From Podarcis cretensis (Eukaryota): DNA of 64,000 nt. Under the pieces are notes generated by a model. That model ran no database searches. It was not told the DNA's origin and worked only from the letters and a program-made list of their open reading frames with translations. The position numbers and the translations under genes are program-made. Below, in pieces: positions 23,769 through 63,745 of the stretch (positions within the stretch are counted from its first letter, which is position 1; every line of letters starts with the position of its first letter). The stretch lies in NCBI GenBank assembly GCA_951804945.1, contig OX638155.1, positions 42,842,001-42,906,000 on the forward strand, written 5' to 3'.

Positions 23769-26700
23769 GCTGTGTGCCTTTCTCTTTGCTTTGTATTCAT
23801 GAAGTCTTGAGAGAACTCGGTGAAACCAGAATGTCTTTTTTCCGTTGTTCCACCCGACAGCTTACATTTACATTAGATCACTGGTTTTGCCACTCCATAA
23901 TTTATACACAGAGAGAAAGTAAGAAATTGGGCTATGCAGCAGGTCAGTAGATAAAACTGTTTGCACAGGAAGAAAATGTCCGTTTGAAATTGTTGCCTTT
24001 TTGTATGTGGCACAGTGTACAAAGAGAGCCTTTACTTGCATTATTTTTTCTAGTGTTCATTCCTTCGATAATTTTCAAGAAAAGAGTCAAAATATAGTTA
24101 CGGAACTACACAATGGTGTTAGCACAGTTGTAATTATTGAACTATGCTGGCATTTACTACCAACTAACATATACATTTCAGTCTTTGTAGCACACAAGCC
24201 CATGCTTGTACAGAAAATTGACGGGGGCCATGGCTCTTAATGCCTTATGGTATAGCACAAAGCTTTAAAGGATGTGCTCAGCATGGTCGATCAATCTAAA
24301 CTAGATAGTTTATACTGTCTGGGTTCTAGAATAAAATATTGAATAAGCTAAGAAGCCTGGATTGGGTAACTATTTCCTGCAGCTGCTACTTGTTCCAGTA
24401 TAATGATAAGTGTGTTATGTCTAAAGTAATAGCAGTTTCTTCCCTATCTTGAATGTATTCTGAATGTTAGTTGCAGTAGTTGTTAGTTGTAGCTTTTAGA
24501 CAGAAGCAAAATACTCTCTATGGAGGGGATGCAAGATAAGTGCAACTTTTTAATATTAATGAGTTTTTTGTAAAATTAAGAACATTCTCTGGGTGACAAT
24601 CCTGAGAAAATAGATCATATGTATATTTGTATTATAGTAGAACACCTAAGTACTGCTATAATTAAGGGTCTGGAAGCATATCCATTATAAGCCCCATTTT
24701 TACAGGGGTTTGTATCTTGGCTGTAAAGAAATTTTATACCCTGCAAAAATTTGAGGCAGGCGTGTCTCAGATTGAGAGGTAGGTTTTTTTTAAGGTTTGG
24801 AGAAACACTGTCTAGCTGTTTTGAAGTTCCAGGAATATTACCAAACATTACATTTTTGCACTCTTTTATATTCTGATTTTTAAATGTAAACAAACTGGGG
24901 CTTAGTGTAGAGTGTGCAGCTAGGTTGTTTTTATATTTATAACAGCACAGTTATAAATATTTGCAAATCATCCAGTGGACAGGAACAATAATCCTTTCAC
25001 GTTTTTAATGGCTAGGTCCATATTTAATATCAGCATTCAGTATATGATAAGAAGGATTCAAATATTTGAATTTTCATTTTCACATTTTAGGTTGATGAGA
25101 TACATCTCAGTTCACTTCCAAAATAAGCAGAATCTGCTTTAATGCAACCTCTATCCAGACATTTTTTTTCAATGAAAATGAATCTTATCTTCCAAGAAAA
25201 CCAAAACATTAGAGGCCAAGAAATAGAGCTACTATGTAAAGACTAGAAGCCTGATATTGCTGCTCTAATATCTGAAATTCAACTAACTGCACAAGCACTA
25301 ATGTTTGGGGTCTTAGGATGCAATGGGGTCTCTGGTCCAACTCAGCCAAGACAGTGGGACTACTCTATTTTCATTGGATAAACCAATGTAGGCCATGTCT
25401 ACACTACAGACAAAACTGGGACTGTTGGCACAATTGAGGAATTCTCACTGGCAAAATAAAACACTCCTACAGGGAAAGCCACAAGAGTTCCACCAATGGA
25501 CATAACCCATGGTCAATAACAGCAGAAGTTAAATTTCACTTTGTTAATTGACATGATAAAATTGCATTGTGATGACATCAGACCGAGAAGTATTGTTAGA
25601 CTATCGTCTTTTTTCCATTAATCAGCTTGGAAAAAATGGACTGAGAGCACCTGTTCCTTTTATATTTTGCTACATTTTATTAATAAATGCCACAAATTGT
25701 GTGGAAGCAAAGGGGTCACCTCACAGCTCACAAAGGCATCAGCAATGGCTCCCAGTAAGATGAGGCATCAGCTAGGAGATTCTCACCCTTCCAGGTTTTC
25801 TATGTCATCTCTTCTTCCATGTAGCTAACCTGCTCTATTTCCTCAGTCTGGGGTCTTTATCAAGAACTGGTTGTCTAGCTACTTTTCTAGAGAAATAAGG
25901 TGTATCTGATATGTGCCTGGACACACAAATACTTCTAGGGATTGAAAGCCTGCTCCCAACGACCCCATCTATATCAGCTCACACGCTCAGTCTCCAGCCT
26001 TCCCCAGGTTGATCAGGGTACCCAATCATGCATGATGCTCTACTCACGTTTAAGGGAATGCAAGTACTATGCCCTTATAGACCTATCCTGCTCAACATGG
26101 GGAAGTTTTGGAACAAATGTGTGGGGCAGGGCTTGCATGTGCTATCTCCTGCCTACAGATACAGAGTTCACGTGTTCAGACAAATGCCCGAATTCTCTTT
26201 GTGAAATGTGTCTGGGACTCATATCGTCGCCTCGTTCTATTAAATATTCTTTAGATTTTCTAGGCTCTTTATTAGTATTGCACACATGAACTTTGGTGCT
26301 CCTATGGGTCCAGTCAAATTACAGGGAGTGAAGTGGGGATCTTTCTGGTAGAGGGCCCCTCAAATTCTAAGGTGAGGGGTTTGAAGTTGAGGTGCTGACA
26401 GTGTGAGTCACCTTGAATGCCAGCGATATAAGCGGAGGCCGCTTACTTGTCTCAATAATTTTATCCCTGCACACAGACAACACAATTCCTTCTTTCTTTC
26501 CCTTTGCCAATGCACTTACAGCCACATGCAGCATTCGATCTTAATAGAAACTGCCACTAGCAAGCTCGATATTTTTCAGTCATCACTTTCCAAGTGCCCT
26601 TTGCCTTTCTCATTTCCTCTTTGACTCTTTCTGTCAGGATGAAGGAAATATGCCAGCCTTTAATTTGGGGGAGGAAGTTCCACAAAGTTGTTGTTTGAAG

Positions 26701-29537
26701 CCTGGGGAGAAATTTGGTTCCTTGAGTGTTGTGTTATGTGACATAACATTCTTGTCACCTTGCCATTAATATTCCGACTGTGGTCCAAGTAGTAAGGATA
26801 TTCACTCTGTTTCTCCATATCACAGGAAGCTGCCTGTAACGTGAAGCTTTTTGGTGCCCTACTCTGTTTCAACATAGTCATATCAACTTGTAAATATGTG
26901 TAAAATATATTAACTTTGGAGAACCACCACTCTTTGTAGTGAGAATCAACCTTCTCATGAAGAGTGAAGAGGAAATTTAAAATAAGCTAAATGAGCCAAC
27001 TTCTGTGTTATCAGAAATCACACCAATGTTTAAATGAGTTTTAAAGAGAAAGGCTATCTAGAACAGCAAACTTGGCACCATAAGACCTTTAAAGCATTTA
27101 TTTTTCTAATTACTAATAAATCTAGGAAGTACCCCAAGTGTATTGTAGAAAACCTGCATCCAGTAAAATGATTGTGTGTTTTGTACATGAAAATATTTTG
27201 TGGGAAATTCCAAGCTAGCTCCGCTCTGCAGAAGGTGGCGACAAAGCCTTTGCAATGCCTTGGTGTGCAGACAGAACTTTTATGCATCCCTGGTGACAAT
27301 GTTACTCTATTATTATTTTGGTTGAAATCCTTTATTTAAATATGAAATATGAGGAAAATAAAAACACCTTTCTGTCATAGCTTTTGTCTGTGTTAATAAT
27401 TTGTTATAACTCTGTACAATATTTGAAATGAATATTTTAGTACTTGCTTGGGCTGCATGAAAGGAAGAAAATCTGTCAGATGTATCTGAAGAACAGCAAT
27501 AAAGCAATTTTGATGGGCTATTTTTTTAAGCATTTAATTGGCACAAGATTCACAAACCGAAGTTTAAAAAACTTTCCCAAAAACATTTCTGTACCTCAAG
27601 CTGCATTTCTAATTACATGTCATTTGTGCTGAATCCTTAGTCTCTGCAACTACTACATTTACATTAATTGTGTAAATTCTGTCAGAAAATAAATTAATTT
27701 GGCCTTTCTACCAAAGGAAGCATATTCAATAACACATTAATTCAAACTTATTACCCCTCTTCCCCAACCCCTTTTGTTCTGCCTATCCCTATTAATAAAA
27801 AGTTCTGTGATTACTGCACGTGAAGCGAGTCAAACGAGGTTCCCTTTTAATAACGCATGGTTTCACATTTTCATTTGTGAAATGCTGACACACCAAGCAG
27901 GTATTCGGCAAGCGATGGCATCACGTGTGGGTACTTGTTAGCACAATTTTGGAATTCTAACAGCACAAGTATTTTAATTGTGGACCATCTTTCCCTCCCT
28001 CACCTCCGCAATTTCCACAACTCTTTCTCTGCCTTGAAGAGTAAGAACAAGTGCTCTCCCCCCTCCCCTCACCAGTAAAAGATTGCAGTTGCACTGGAAA
28101 CCAAATGCAAGATTTTTAGAATATCAGGCAACTTATTGACTGTGTCCGTTGCTGTGGAAAAGCAGAAGCTACTGTGGCTTATAGAATAAGAAATTTTAAA
28201 TACTCTAGATGCAAACTGCACAGCACAATCTTCTGCATATTCACATGGTGCATCCTACTGTGTTTATTCTCTCATGCTTACGATTGCACTCTTAATCTTT
28301 TGTTTATGAGATAATCAAGAATACCCTTGCATATTATTTATGCATTCAGGATTACTTCCGAAAAATAACTTTAGTTCACGTTCAAATACTTGGTGGTTGT
28401 TTTTGTTTTGTTTTTTGTTTTAGTAATTTGAAGGTTACATGTTAGCAAATTCAAACGACATTCTGTCATTTGCAATATATATGTAACTCTACTCCAAATT
28501 ACCTGGTATTTGTATTGCGTATTTTTTTGAAGAATTTTTTATCTGTGACACCAATTTGACTCCTGAAGGATTGAATTTGCATATTGTTTTGTACATGGTG
28601 GATGTTTTTCCCCCAAGATGGCATTGACCACACTTGGACCCAAAGGACCATGCAACTAATTTTACATTGCTGGTATGTATGTATATATGTATGTATGTAT
28701 TTATTTGGTTGGTTGGGGGGGTTGATCACCTGATTTATAGTACCCATTTAAAAAGTGTATCTTGGCTTAAGCTAACACAAAGTGATATTCTGGAATGAGC
28801 ATGATGTAATGCCATGCTAAGGAAAATTCTAAGCAGGGGGAAAATACCCATTATAATGTGTTACAACTTGCATGCAAATCTAGCCATCACTTCTAAAAGC
28901 ACCAGCTTAAGTACTTTTCAGTTTTTAGAATACAATTGATCGGTAGGTCTTACAAAATTGGATATAAAATTTATCATGCAGGTAAAAGTAGCTTGTAATT
29001 AATATTGCCACAATCTGATGTGTGCCAAAGAAGAACATACCTGGCAGTTTAGTTTACTGTTTTTAAATGACATCTTTCTGAATTATAATATGGAGAACCC
29101 ATTTATCTTTTTGCTATTAAAAAGACTAAATAAATAAATATTGTTCAAAAGCCACTAAGAGTATAATGACTATACAAACACCCTTGTGGAATTCCAGCTA
29201 GATTTGCACTTACAAAGACTTAAAATGCTGAATGCTTCGTGGTAGAAAGGCTCTGTAGCAATAAGTTGCTATGGCTGACAGAATTTAGTATCGCAGTATT
29301 CTTGTGCTATGACTTTTCCCCTATTGGTTGGATTTCTGTTTCTAAACTAGTATCAGAGATCATCATTCTATACTAAGAGACACGGAATTAATGGAAAATG
29401 CGCATGTAGAGATCTGCACTTGCTAACAAAGTGTGTCCATAGAAGGGTACATATTAAAGATATGTGAAGTATCTCTGCTAAAGTAATATCAAATGTCTTG
29501 ACAGGCTTTTTTTAGACAGCACTATCCATCAACAGAG

Positions 29538-29896
29538 GGACGCAGGTGGCGCTGTGGGTTAAAGCCTCAGCGCCTAGGACTTGCCGATCGAAAGGTCGGC
29601 GGTTCGAATCCCTGTGGCGGGGTGCGCTCCCGCTGCTCGGTCCCAGCGCCTGCCAACCTAGCAGTTCGAAAGCACCTCCGGGTGCAAGTAGATAAATAGG
29701 GACCGCTTACCAGCGGGAAGGTAAACGGCGTTTCCGTGTGCGGCTCTGGCTCGCCAGAGCAGCGATGTCACACTGGCCACGTGACCCGGAAGTGTCTCCG
29801 GACAGCGCTGGCCCCTGGCCTCTTAAGTGAGATGGGCGCACAACCCCAGAGTCTGTCAAGACTGGCCCGTACGGGCAGGGGTACCTTTACCTTTAC
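29538..29896 (+). mobile_element. Full-length Sauria SINE
   Basis: tRNA-like head with A/B boxes (gtggcgctgtgg, ggttcgaatcc), (acctt)n tail, TSD ctatccatcaacagag 29522-29537 / 29897-29912. Confidence 0.92.
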
Positions 29897-31255
29897 CTAT
29901 CCATCAACAGAGCACCTACAGAACAAAGTATATACAATAAAGTTGGTGTGGCTGCTATAATCGGTACTTTGAAATTTATTTAAAACTGCTGGTTTAAAAA
30001 TCTAAGCAGCAGACAAAAAGAAACCACAGACAACAAAAAAGTTAGTATAAAGAGATAAACATAAAAACATACTACCTCAACAATTAGTGTTTGGTTGGTT
30101 GTTGTTTTTACTGATCCTGCACTGCAAGTGTGAAAACAGTAGTTAAACCTAGATCTCCTTCCGTGTTAAGGACCAATTGCCCCAGGGAAGGAAGCGGAAT
30201 GCTGCTTTCAATTCCCATGCCTGTCTTCAGCTATGTTGCCAACTCCTAGTTAGCTGGCTTTAGAAAGCAAGCAGAGAACTAAGGCTAGAGCTCTGCACCT
30301 GTGAGTTTATGGCAAAAAGCAGGGGTGGCAAAAGAAGCTCTATATGGCCTCTAAATCAACAAGCAACACATGCTCATTTTTGTGGTGTGTATGCAAGTGA
30401 ATTAATTTACAAACATCATGTGAATGGATATTGTTATTAATGAATTAAATTAGTCACTATCTTGCCCAAGGCAACCCAAAGTAGCTTACAAGCTACCCAC
30501 CAACCATAGGGAGATGCATGTTCAAATTCCTTCTCCAACATAATGTGTGACCCTGGGTACACCACTCTTTTAAAAAGTCTTACCTGCTTACAGGGCTGTC
30601 ATCGGGATAAATTGAGCCACCCAGCCCTCCAGCTTGAGCTCCTTGAGAGAAGAGTGGGAGTAAAGATAGTGAAAGGTAAAACTAAGCTGAAATATATTTG
30701 GCAGGAGAAATAACTCGCAGATTCATCTCTAAAAACAAAGTCTTATTGCTTTGTTAAATAACTTACTTCTAGCAGCATACTAGGCTAAGAAAACTCAATA
30801 TCCTTTTTATCCCATTTTATAACTTCCTTTAGGCATAAGTTTCAAATCCCAGCTGTGTAACCTTATATATCAGAAAGCAAAATCCTCAGTCAAATTTGCA
30901 TCCATCAAAATCCTCTTAATTATGTATAGTTGCAGGGTTGAGGAACAGCATACCTTTAAGAAAAACAACTGGAAGCACAAGATATAGTTCTTCAATTCCT
31001 CCTATGTGATGTCACTGTGCATGTTTTTGTATGGCTTCTGATGCACCAGGGTAGCCATTTGTAAATGAAAAGGGCAATAGAATTCTTCTGCTTGTTTTCC
31101 TGTTATGTAATACTGATATGCAGTTTATGCATTACAAATTAAAACAAAAACCTATTCTAAAAGTTGTACTGATGTCTTCATTGCTTCATCAGATCAATAC
31201 GTTTTCTAATATTGCAGAGAGTAAGTTGTGTGTACCACTGCATACTTTTCCGCTA

Positions 31256-31383
31256 CAGGCAGGTAACCGTGTTGGTCTGCCGTAGTCGAAACAAAATAAA
31301 AAAATTCCTTCCAGTAGCACCTTAGAGACCAACTTAAGTTTGTTATTGGTATGAGCTTTCATGTACATGCACACTTCTTCAGA
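31256..31383 (-). mobile_element. Penelope-like element terminal fragment with minimal hammerhead core
   Basis: Minus strand reads CTGAAGA A GTGTGC AT GTACAT GAAA GCTC ATACC...gttggtctctaaggtgctactgg; same family as the copies at 38091 and 48871. Confidence 0.65.
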
Positions 31384-32999
31384 GGACTTTTCCCCTTTTA
31401 TTGTAAACACATGAGAATGGGACTTCCCCCAAAGGTTAGAATTAAGTTTCATTGATTGTTTTCACAAGGTTTACAATCACCACCTTGATGGCTGCACAAT
31501 TAAGATGGGTCCCTCACCTTATTTTGCTAAATCGTACTTCCAGTTAGTCCATGTCTCCATGCACTAACAACTCTTTAAAGAAGCTAATGTATGAGCTCCG
31601 CTTTCTCAATAGATACCATAGTACAATCCTTTGCATGTTTATGCAAAATAATACCTCTTGTATTTAGTAGGGCTTACTCATAGGTAAGTGGCTTCCAACA
31701 TCTGGGAGAAAAGGAAGACTGAGGTTTTGTTTTTTTAAAAGGGTACATCTTAGCAGTACCAAAATAACAATGTAAGTTAAATTTTCTGTGTGCCCTAGCT
31801 GTAGTAATAACATAAAAGCATTGTATTAATAGTTCAACCACAATTAATGACTGCCAAGGTAATCTCCCAACACCTCCTAACTGTGATGATGGGCTGGTTA
31901 ATTCCAGGGCGGCACCTACCGGTCTCCCTTGTGCTATTTTTAGTGTTTGTGACTCAGTTGTGTACTGCATGATCATCCCATTTGGCAGTTAACACAAAAG
32001 CAGTCTTTTGTTTTACTATATAGAAAAAAGAAAAGACAGTTTGCTATTTTTAAGTAGGTCATGTTATTTATAGCCCCAGATGTCCATAGCATTTAACATT
32101 TCAGATAGATTCTCTGCTCAGAAGAGCTTACAGTCTAAACGCAGGTGGGAAAATGCAAGAGATACAGGAAGAGAAACATTTCTGCATGCAATTATCCTTC
32201 AAGTCACAGCTGATTAAGCATTCGCTCCCCTCCCCACAAGCACACCTTCACATTAATGGCACCTACATGAAAGCAGTGTTAATCAAGGTTGTTTACATAA
32301 TGAAAAGCAGTGGTTTTTGAACAATCAAGGTAGTTCGGATTAAACAAAGGATTGTGACCAAATGCCAAGAAAGACAGGACTACTATACCGTTTCAACAAT
32401 TGCAGTTTTCTCCTCGTCTGTGCGTGACCTGCTTCAGCTCCCTGTGCTACGTAACTCTTAGAAGTACAGAAGCTTTGCCTTTATTTGCACATAGGAACAA
32501 AAAGTGCAGCAGGAGACAGTGTACTGTCTAACACCCAGTTCTCCAAACGAATATCAGTATTTGTTACTGAAACTGGCCAATAGAACTTTAGGTATCAGTT
32601 AAGTTTACTGCTATCTGTTGAAAACTATTGTCTTTCCTTTAAATAACCATGAGACAGGAAGAGATTTAGTAGCTAGAGACTCTCCTTACCCTGGAATGAT
32701 ACATGGCATGCATGGCAATCTTCTCACTGAATGTAACAGTTGTGAGACAGAGCCTGGAAAAAAGTTTTAAAATGCTCTCTTCAGAGTCCTATTCAGAAAG
32801 GTGCTGTCACTGGAAGAATAACTTCTTTCTAAAGTAAAGCAAATCCTGACCATGCAGGGTAAAGGAAAAGGCTGAATGGGCAAAGTCCTAAATTATTGCA
32901 CCACCATCCCTTTGTGTACTGTCCCACTAAACCAATACTTGTGTGGGAAGCGATGCAGATTCTCTCAGCTCATGTATTTTTGATTTTATAAAGCTTCAA

Positions 33000-33280
33000 G
33001 GGTGGGTTATTTGGAATGTTCAGGGGCAAAAGATGGTACAGAACAAAAGAAGAACCCCCTACAGGTGAGGTTTTGGTAAGTTTCAGGAAGGTAGATAAGC
33101 TACTAGATATAAAAAGATTTGATTTCCAGTCACCTAGAACAGAGAATGCCAGGGCCTTCAAGGACAAAGGAAAAGCATGGAGTGCTTTTACTGAAGATGT
33201 GAAGGGGCAAGAAGCAAGGGTAGTGGCAGCCATGATCGAAAGAGCGCATGTTCTATTTTCACATGCTAAGGAGTGAAAAT
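33000..33280 (+). mobile_element. Possible degraded L1/Tx1 ORF2 C-terminal fragment
   Basis: ORF 33016-33276 has W...PPT...F.....W..F spacing reminiscent of L1-clade ORF2 ends; no splice context. Confidence 0.3.
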
Positions 33281-35995
33281 GCAACGTATTTTTATTTTCC
33301 ATGATTTTATTATTAAATTCTATCCTGCTCTTCCTCCCAAAGAAGCCCATATTCCTGTGCCATGTTAAATATCTAATAAATATGTGCTAGCCAGGAAAAT
33401 GTAAGACTGTGGTCATTATTTGGTAAGTAAACAGTATAAAAGCAATAGTACCGCGCTTGCCTGCCCGGGGGTTTGTGAGCTCTAAGATCCACTAGGGAAC
33501 TAAGAGAACAGCCTTAAGAGACAATATCGCACCAAGCAAGACACCAAGTGACAGTCTGTGGAGCAGCAGTCATATGGGAGTTCCATCAGCCAAGATCAGT
33601 GGAAGGAACAAGAAAGAGCAAACGTAAAAAAGAGTGTGGCTAATCGCCTTTAGGAGACAGGAGTAGGACTATTAAAGGAAACTCAACCACGATTGTATAG
33701 AAGACAGAAGGAAGAAGTGCACATGAATAAACATGGACAAGTTTACCTTCACACAAAATAAAGGAAGTGGGGTGAAGGATTCCATATGAAAGCTGGTGAT
33801 TTTGGTTAACTGGTCCACTTCTTGCAATGAACACACATATGGGCTAGAATGCTGAACTTCTCTGCCCCAGCCACACCACCTCTTCCATGACAGGCCCAAT
33901 ACCCTTCACAGAAGGCAGGCTCTTTGTAATCCAACTATTCTTTGTACAAAGTATATTGAAATGGAAGAAAAATGCTTTGGTCATATTAAAAAAGCTCTTT
34001 TTCTGCCTTAAAAATTGTTAATGCCTTGGGTTATTCAGGCTGGTGGGGGCGGGGGAGGGCAGGCAGGGAGCAAAAAAGGCTCCAATAACAATTCATCGCC
34101 ATTCCACTTAGATGTGCATGCAGCTTAGCTACATCCTAAGTTTTCTTGGCATGTTGTTATGCTTCCATGTAAGAGTTCTAGTATGCTGAATTTTGGCATC
34201 TTTCTTATTCCACAGTTTTTTCTTATTCTTCAGTTTTTTCTTTCGTCTTTTTGCAAAATATTCAGAAGAGATAACTGCAAGCAGAGTTTGAAGAGAGAAA
34301 GGAATTGTTTTCATTATACTGGATTGTAGGCAGACATTTTGTGTTCAAGCCCAAGACATTTGCCGCTCTCTGTGAATCAGGAGCTTTCCAACTTTTCCTC
34401 TTGCACAGTTTTAAACTACAGTTTTGAACTCAACAATGCTCGGAAGTGCATTAATTTATAGATGTCTGCAGCTTTCCGTTCCATGGAGATTGGCTTTCAT
34501 CAATGAATGAACTGTTAACAAAACTTTGAATCACACAAAATGTAACACCATGAACTACTTATGAAGTTAGATGGACCTGCATGCTTCCAAAATAATTCCA
34601 CTGAAAAGCCTGCTATTCACTCTTCTTTTTCTCTAATCTCCTGTGTGGAACATCTAGGGCTACTGCCATCATAACCTAGTTTTAAGCAAGTGATCTGTCC
34701 GTACCGGCTTCAGTAAAACTACTTCTAGATGTTGTACAGAAGAAAATTCCATTGAAATCAGAGGTCAGAAATGGAGTTTGAACTTGCTCAATGATGAAAG
34801 CTGTTGGCTTGGTGGGAGAGGTGGTTGTGCTTCACAACATCACATTCCCCCTACCGCTATGAAACAGTCTCCTCCCCGGAACTGCTAAACAGAGTGCCAG
34901 AAGATGGGTGTGAAATGTGGGGTGGGCCATAAATATCCTTTATGGTCGTGTATCCATTGCTAAAAGTAAGAAATGAATTACACAACTAAGTACTCCAAAC
35001 ATATGCCCATTACATATAGAAAATAAGTTTCCTAGTACTTCCCACTGAGGTATCAATTGTCTTCACATAATAAGTGACCAGAGTGTATATTCACATATAT
35101 GGAAATAAATTAGCTACTGAAGAATCAAAACAAAAATGGACAAGAGAGGATTCAAGCCATTTTTACCACAACAAAATGGCTGCTCTCAGTGGTTTCAGTA
35201 TAAATACTAGGAGGTAACGTGCTAGAACACCTTGTTCAGAATCTGCATTTGAACAGTGCAAGGAAGAATTAATATCCACAAAGACAAAGTCTCAGGAGGA
35301 GATCTCCAGCCTCCAACAAAGGGCACAATCCACCATGGAACTTTGTTGCACACCAACCTTCATTTCAGGGAAGGTTTTTCAGATCTTCTTTCAGGCTCCA
35401 CTAAGTAAAAGGAAGGTTGTGGTGCAGAACTACATAGACGATCACATCAGGTGTCAGTCAACATCCTGTGCCATCATATTTCACCTCCCCACTATACTTA
35501 TCTAGCCTGTAGAGAGAGAGAGAGAAGATCTCCAGTGCTTTCTGTACCTATTTGTTGTTTACAGAATAAGAACGGCAGCTGCACTTTTAAAGAAATAAAT
35601 AAATAAATTTCAAGTACAAGAAAATGGTTATATAAGATGGGAAGTCTATTCTCTCAGCTCTGATCAAGGCACAGTTTGGTGCTTATGTAGATGTCAATCT
35701 TCAATCTGCTCTGCCAGTTCCATTTAACTTCAGTAGGACTTAAGGTCACTATACTCTATCAAATTTGAGCACTTGTAACTAGAGGCCATGGGAAAGCAAA
35801 AAAAAAAAAAATTGTTAACTTACACTGTGGACAAATAGAGGGCCCTAGAAAGGCTTAAAAATTGGGGGGGGGGGTTGCTTCTGACCTGTAAAATTTCAAT
35901 ATATAAACATATATATTTCTAAATAAAAAACAATGGAATATCCATCCTGGCAAGGAGAAAATATAATGGAAAAATAAAGTTCTGCCACAGTTCCA

Positions 35996-49496
<13,501 letters not shown>

Positions 49497-50979
49497 CCTG
49501 TCTGTAAAAGCAGCGGCGCTAATGGCGGCTCAATGGAAAGAACCGGCTTCTCTGCCCCAAAGGAAAGGGCGGCGCTTTTCCCCGGAGGAGGGTGGGCGAT
49601 GACGTCAGCCGTCTCCCACCCGCCCTTCTTCCCCGCGCCAGCCAATCGCCGCTCCTGTCCGCTGGAAAGACACCCGGCTCGCTCCCGCCTCCCTGCACCC
49701 TTCGATGCCCGGGGAAAGGACGCTTGTCAAGTCCGTGTGAAGACCTTGAACAGGGGACGCCCAGCTCACATTCCTCGCCAGTGACGTCAGGGCTTCGGCT
49801 CTGGAAACGCGCCGCTTCTTGCCAATTGCGTGACTCCTCGGTGGATCCAGTCGCTTTGCCTCGCGCGTTTGCAGATCCGTAGCGCCTCTGCGCCGGCTGC
49901 ATCCGTCGTGAGCCGAGCGTGGGATTCTAAGGCTGCCCTTGGCATGGGGTGTGTTTTGATCTTTGCCCCCACAGAAAGCAGAAGAGTAGTATCTTGTGTC
50001 GCCGTGGCCTCTGACTCTTACTGACTTCAGTCTCACTGGGTTTAGGGTGCGAATTAAGTCAGGTCACACATTTTCACGGAATAAAATCTTCCACGTTTTC
50101 TGCAGCGCGTATTTATTAAAGGGGAAAAGGTTCGGTCCTATGCACGCATATTTAGAATGAATGATTGTCAATGTATATACATGAGATTGTACAAAGCCGC
50201 TGGCAAATGCATTGTAAAATCATTCTTAAAACAAGACTAAATTCAAGTTGACTTAAGGCAGGCCTGTTACATTAGAGAAAATTAAGCAAACAAGGCCTTC
50301 ACGACTGGCCTTGATTTCTAGGGCCATCGCTAGAATACCTACCAGAGCGCGGGAAAACCTGCCTATGGATTGTCACAGAATTAACATTTACCGATGTTAG
50401 TTCTTACACACACATAATTGGGGAGAAAATGTTACTGTATTCTATGCGATTTAAGCCCAACTACTTGACAGTAAAAAAAACAGAGTCCTCGAAAATACCG
50501 AACATAGGATTATGTAACTTTATGTAACTTTGTTCAGTTTCTGCTCCCCAATAAATGTGTTTAGGCTTGCAATTTACACCGAACTGTCTCATCACAGAGT
50601 TTCTGCGCGGGTAACGTAATGAGAGATGCAATCCGAAATCAGTAGGCAGCGACCGTGGTACTGGGACAATTTAAAATCAAATAGGATTAAAATTATTGCA
50701 GCTTCCGGCACCTTTTATTGGTGAACTCTCTTCCACTTTCCTGGGTCGAGGTTATACCGGAGCCACGTGTCTCCGTCCGACTGACCTTGCAAATAAATTC
50801 CAAGGCATCACTCTTTCCCCCTTCTACATATATGTAACTAATTAATACCGTCGGGGCCTACGTAAGTGTCCCAGACGCCATGTGATTTCGGCGCTCACCG
50901 ACTCCTGATCCACAGGTGCCAACCTGCCTCAGCAGGCACAACCATCACCCTGTAGGCGTGTTTGCCTTGGGTACAAATA

Positions 50980-51205
50980 CAGTGGTACCTCGGGTTAAGT
51001 ACTTAATTCATTCCGGAGGTCCATTCTTAACCTGAAACTGTTCTTAACCTGAAGCACCACTTTAGCTAATGGGGCCTCCTGCTGCTGCTGCGCCGCCGGA
51101 GTCCGATTTCTGTTCTTATCCTGAAGCAAAGATCTTAACCTGAAGCACTATTTCTGGGTTAGCGGAGTGTGTAACCTGAAGCGTATGTAACCCGAGGTAC
51201 CACTG
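50980..51205 (+). mobile_element. Tc1/mariner (Tigger-like) MITE, copy 1
   Basis: TIR cagtggtacctcgggtta / taacccgaggtaccactg, TA TSD, internal aacctgaag repeats. Confidence 0.88.
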
Positions 51206-51503
51206 TACCAAGCAGGGATCGCCTTTCAGCTAGCATGCAAGTCTTCAATAGGGTCGTCTCGTTGTTGCACCAGGCTGGCGGAGAGCAACACGCAACGCCT
51301 CCAAAAGAGGCGGGGCTTACGAAAAAAGGCGGAGCATGGCGAAGGCTGCGCGCACGCGCGGGAGGGGTCATGGGGCGCCGTGATGGCGTCACGCGCGGCG
51401 CCGGGGGCGTGGCCAAGGTCCCCCAACCACCCGTTCGCCTGTTTGTGTAACTGAGTGAGTGAAGAGAGCGGTGCTTTGGGGCCGCTGGCCTGTTTCGGCG
51501 ACT

Positions 51504-63155
<11,652 letters not shown>

Positions 63156-63585
63156 TAAATAGCTGGCTGCAAGCTATTTTAATTAATAACTCTGATATCT
63201 CACTCAGTTTCTAGGAAATCTTATTGCTTCAGAGCTGTAGCCCTCTGACTGCATTTTGCCACTGCCGTCTTCTTTTTCCTAACAGTTGATAAGGACAAGC
63301 GAATGGTATTCTAAACTTGATGGCTGTTGCAGGAAGGCTAGATTTATCATCCGTGTACACAAAGGTTCTCCACACTTCTCTACGGAGTTGTGTAGGAAGT
63401 TTATGCTATTTTAAGAAGTGCCGGCTCTGAGGGAAAGATGCAATTTTAACCAAGGTCTCCTTCATCCAAGTCTAGCTCTTGTACTTTGGACACTGCTGGC
63501 TCTTCCAGCATAAAGCATTTGTTTCAAGTACTTATGTAGAAATAAAAACATTGGGCAGAATTCTTTGTTCACTAAGTCTCATTCT

Positions 63586-63745
63586 GTCAGCACAGGGATT
63601 TCTGCTTGTGCAACAGAATGTCCTCTCCCTATGCACCTCCAAATTTGTTCTAAGGGTTTTCCCAATCTTCTGGAGCAGATTTGGGGAGGGCACACACAGT
63701 GAGGGGGGGCAGTCCCTTTGCACAAGTAGAAATCCTTGCGCTGAC
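63586..63745. repeat. Palindromic hairpin repeat (old non-autonomous DNA element family)
   Basis: gtcagcacagggatttctgcttgtgcaa ... ttgcacaagtagaaatccttgcgctgac with inner ccaaatttgttc..gagcagatttgg arms; decayed relatives near 20140-20260, 20590-20760, 36950-37095, 37740-37920 and 44450-44630. Confidence 0.65.

Noticed and set aside
27794-27799. AATAAA as the SPIRE1 polyadenylation signal
   Set aside because: Plausible (about 4-kb 3' UTR), but several AATAAA hexamers occur in this AT-rich region and one cannot be chosen without 3'-end data.
50980-51205. Regularly recurring aacctgaag units as a CRISPR-like array
   Set aside because: Eukaryotic DNA; the units are short, irregularly spaced internal repeats of a TIR-bounded MITE, with no cas genes.
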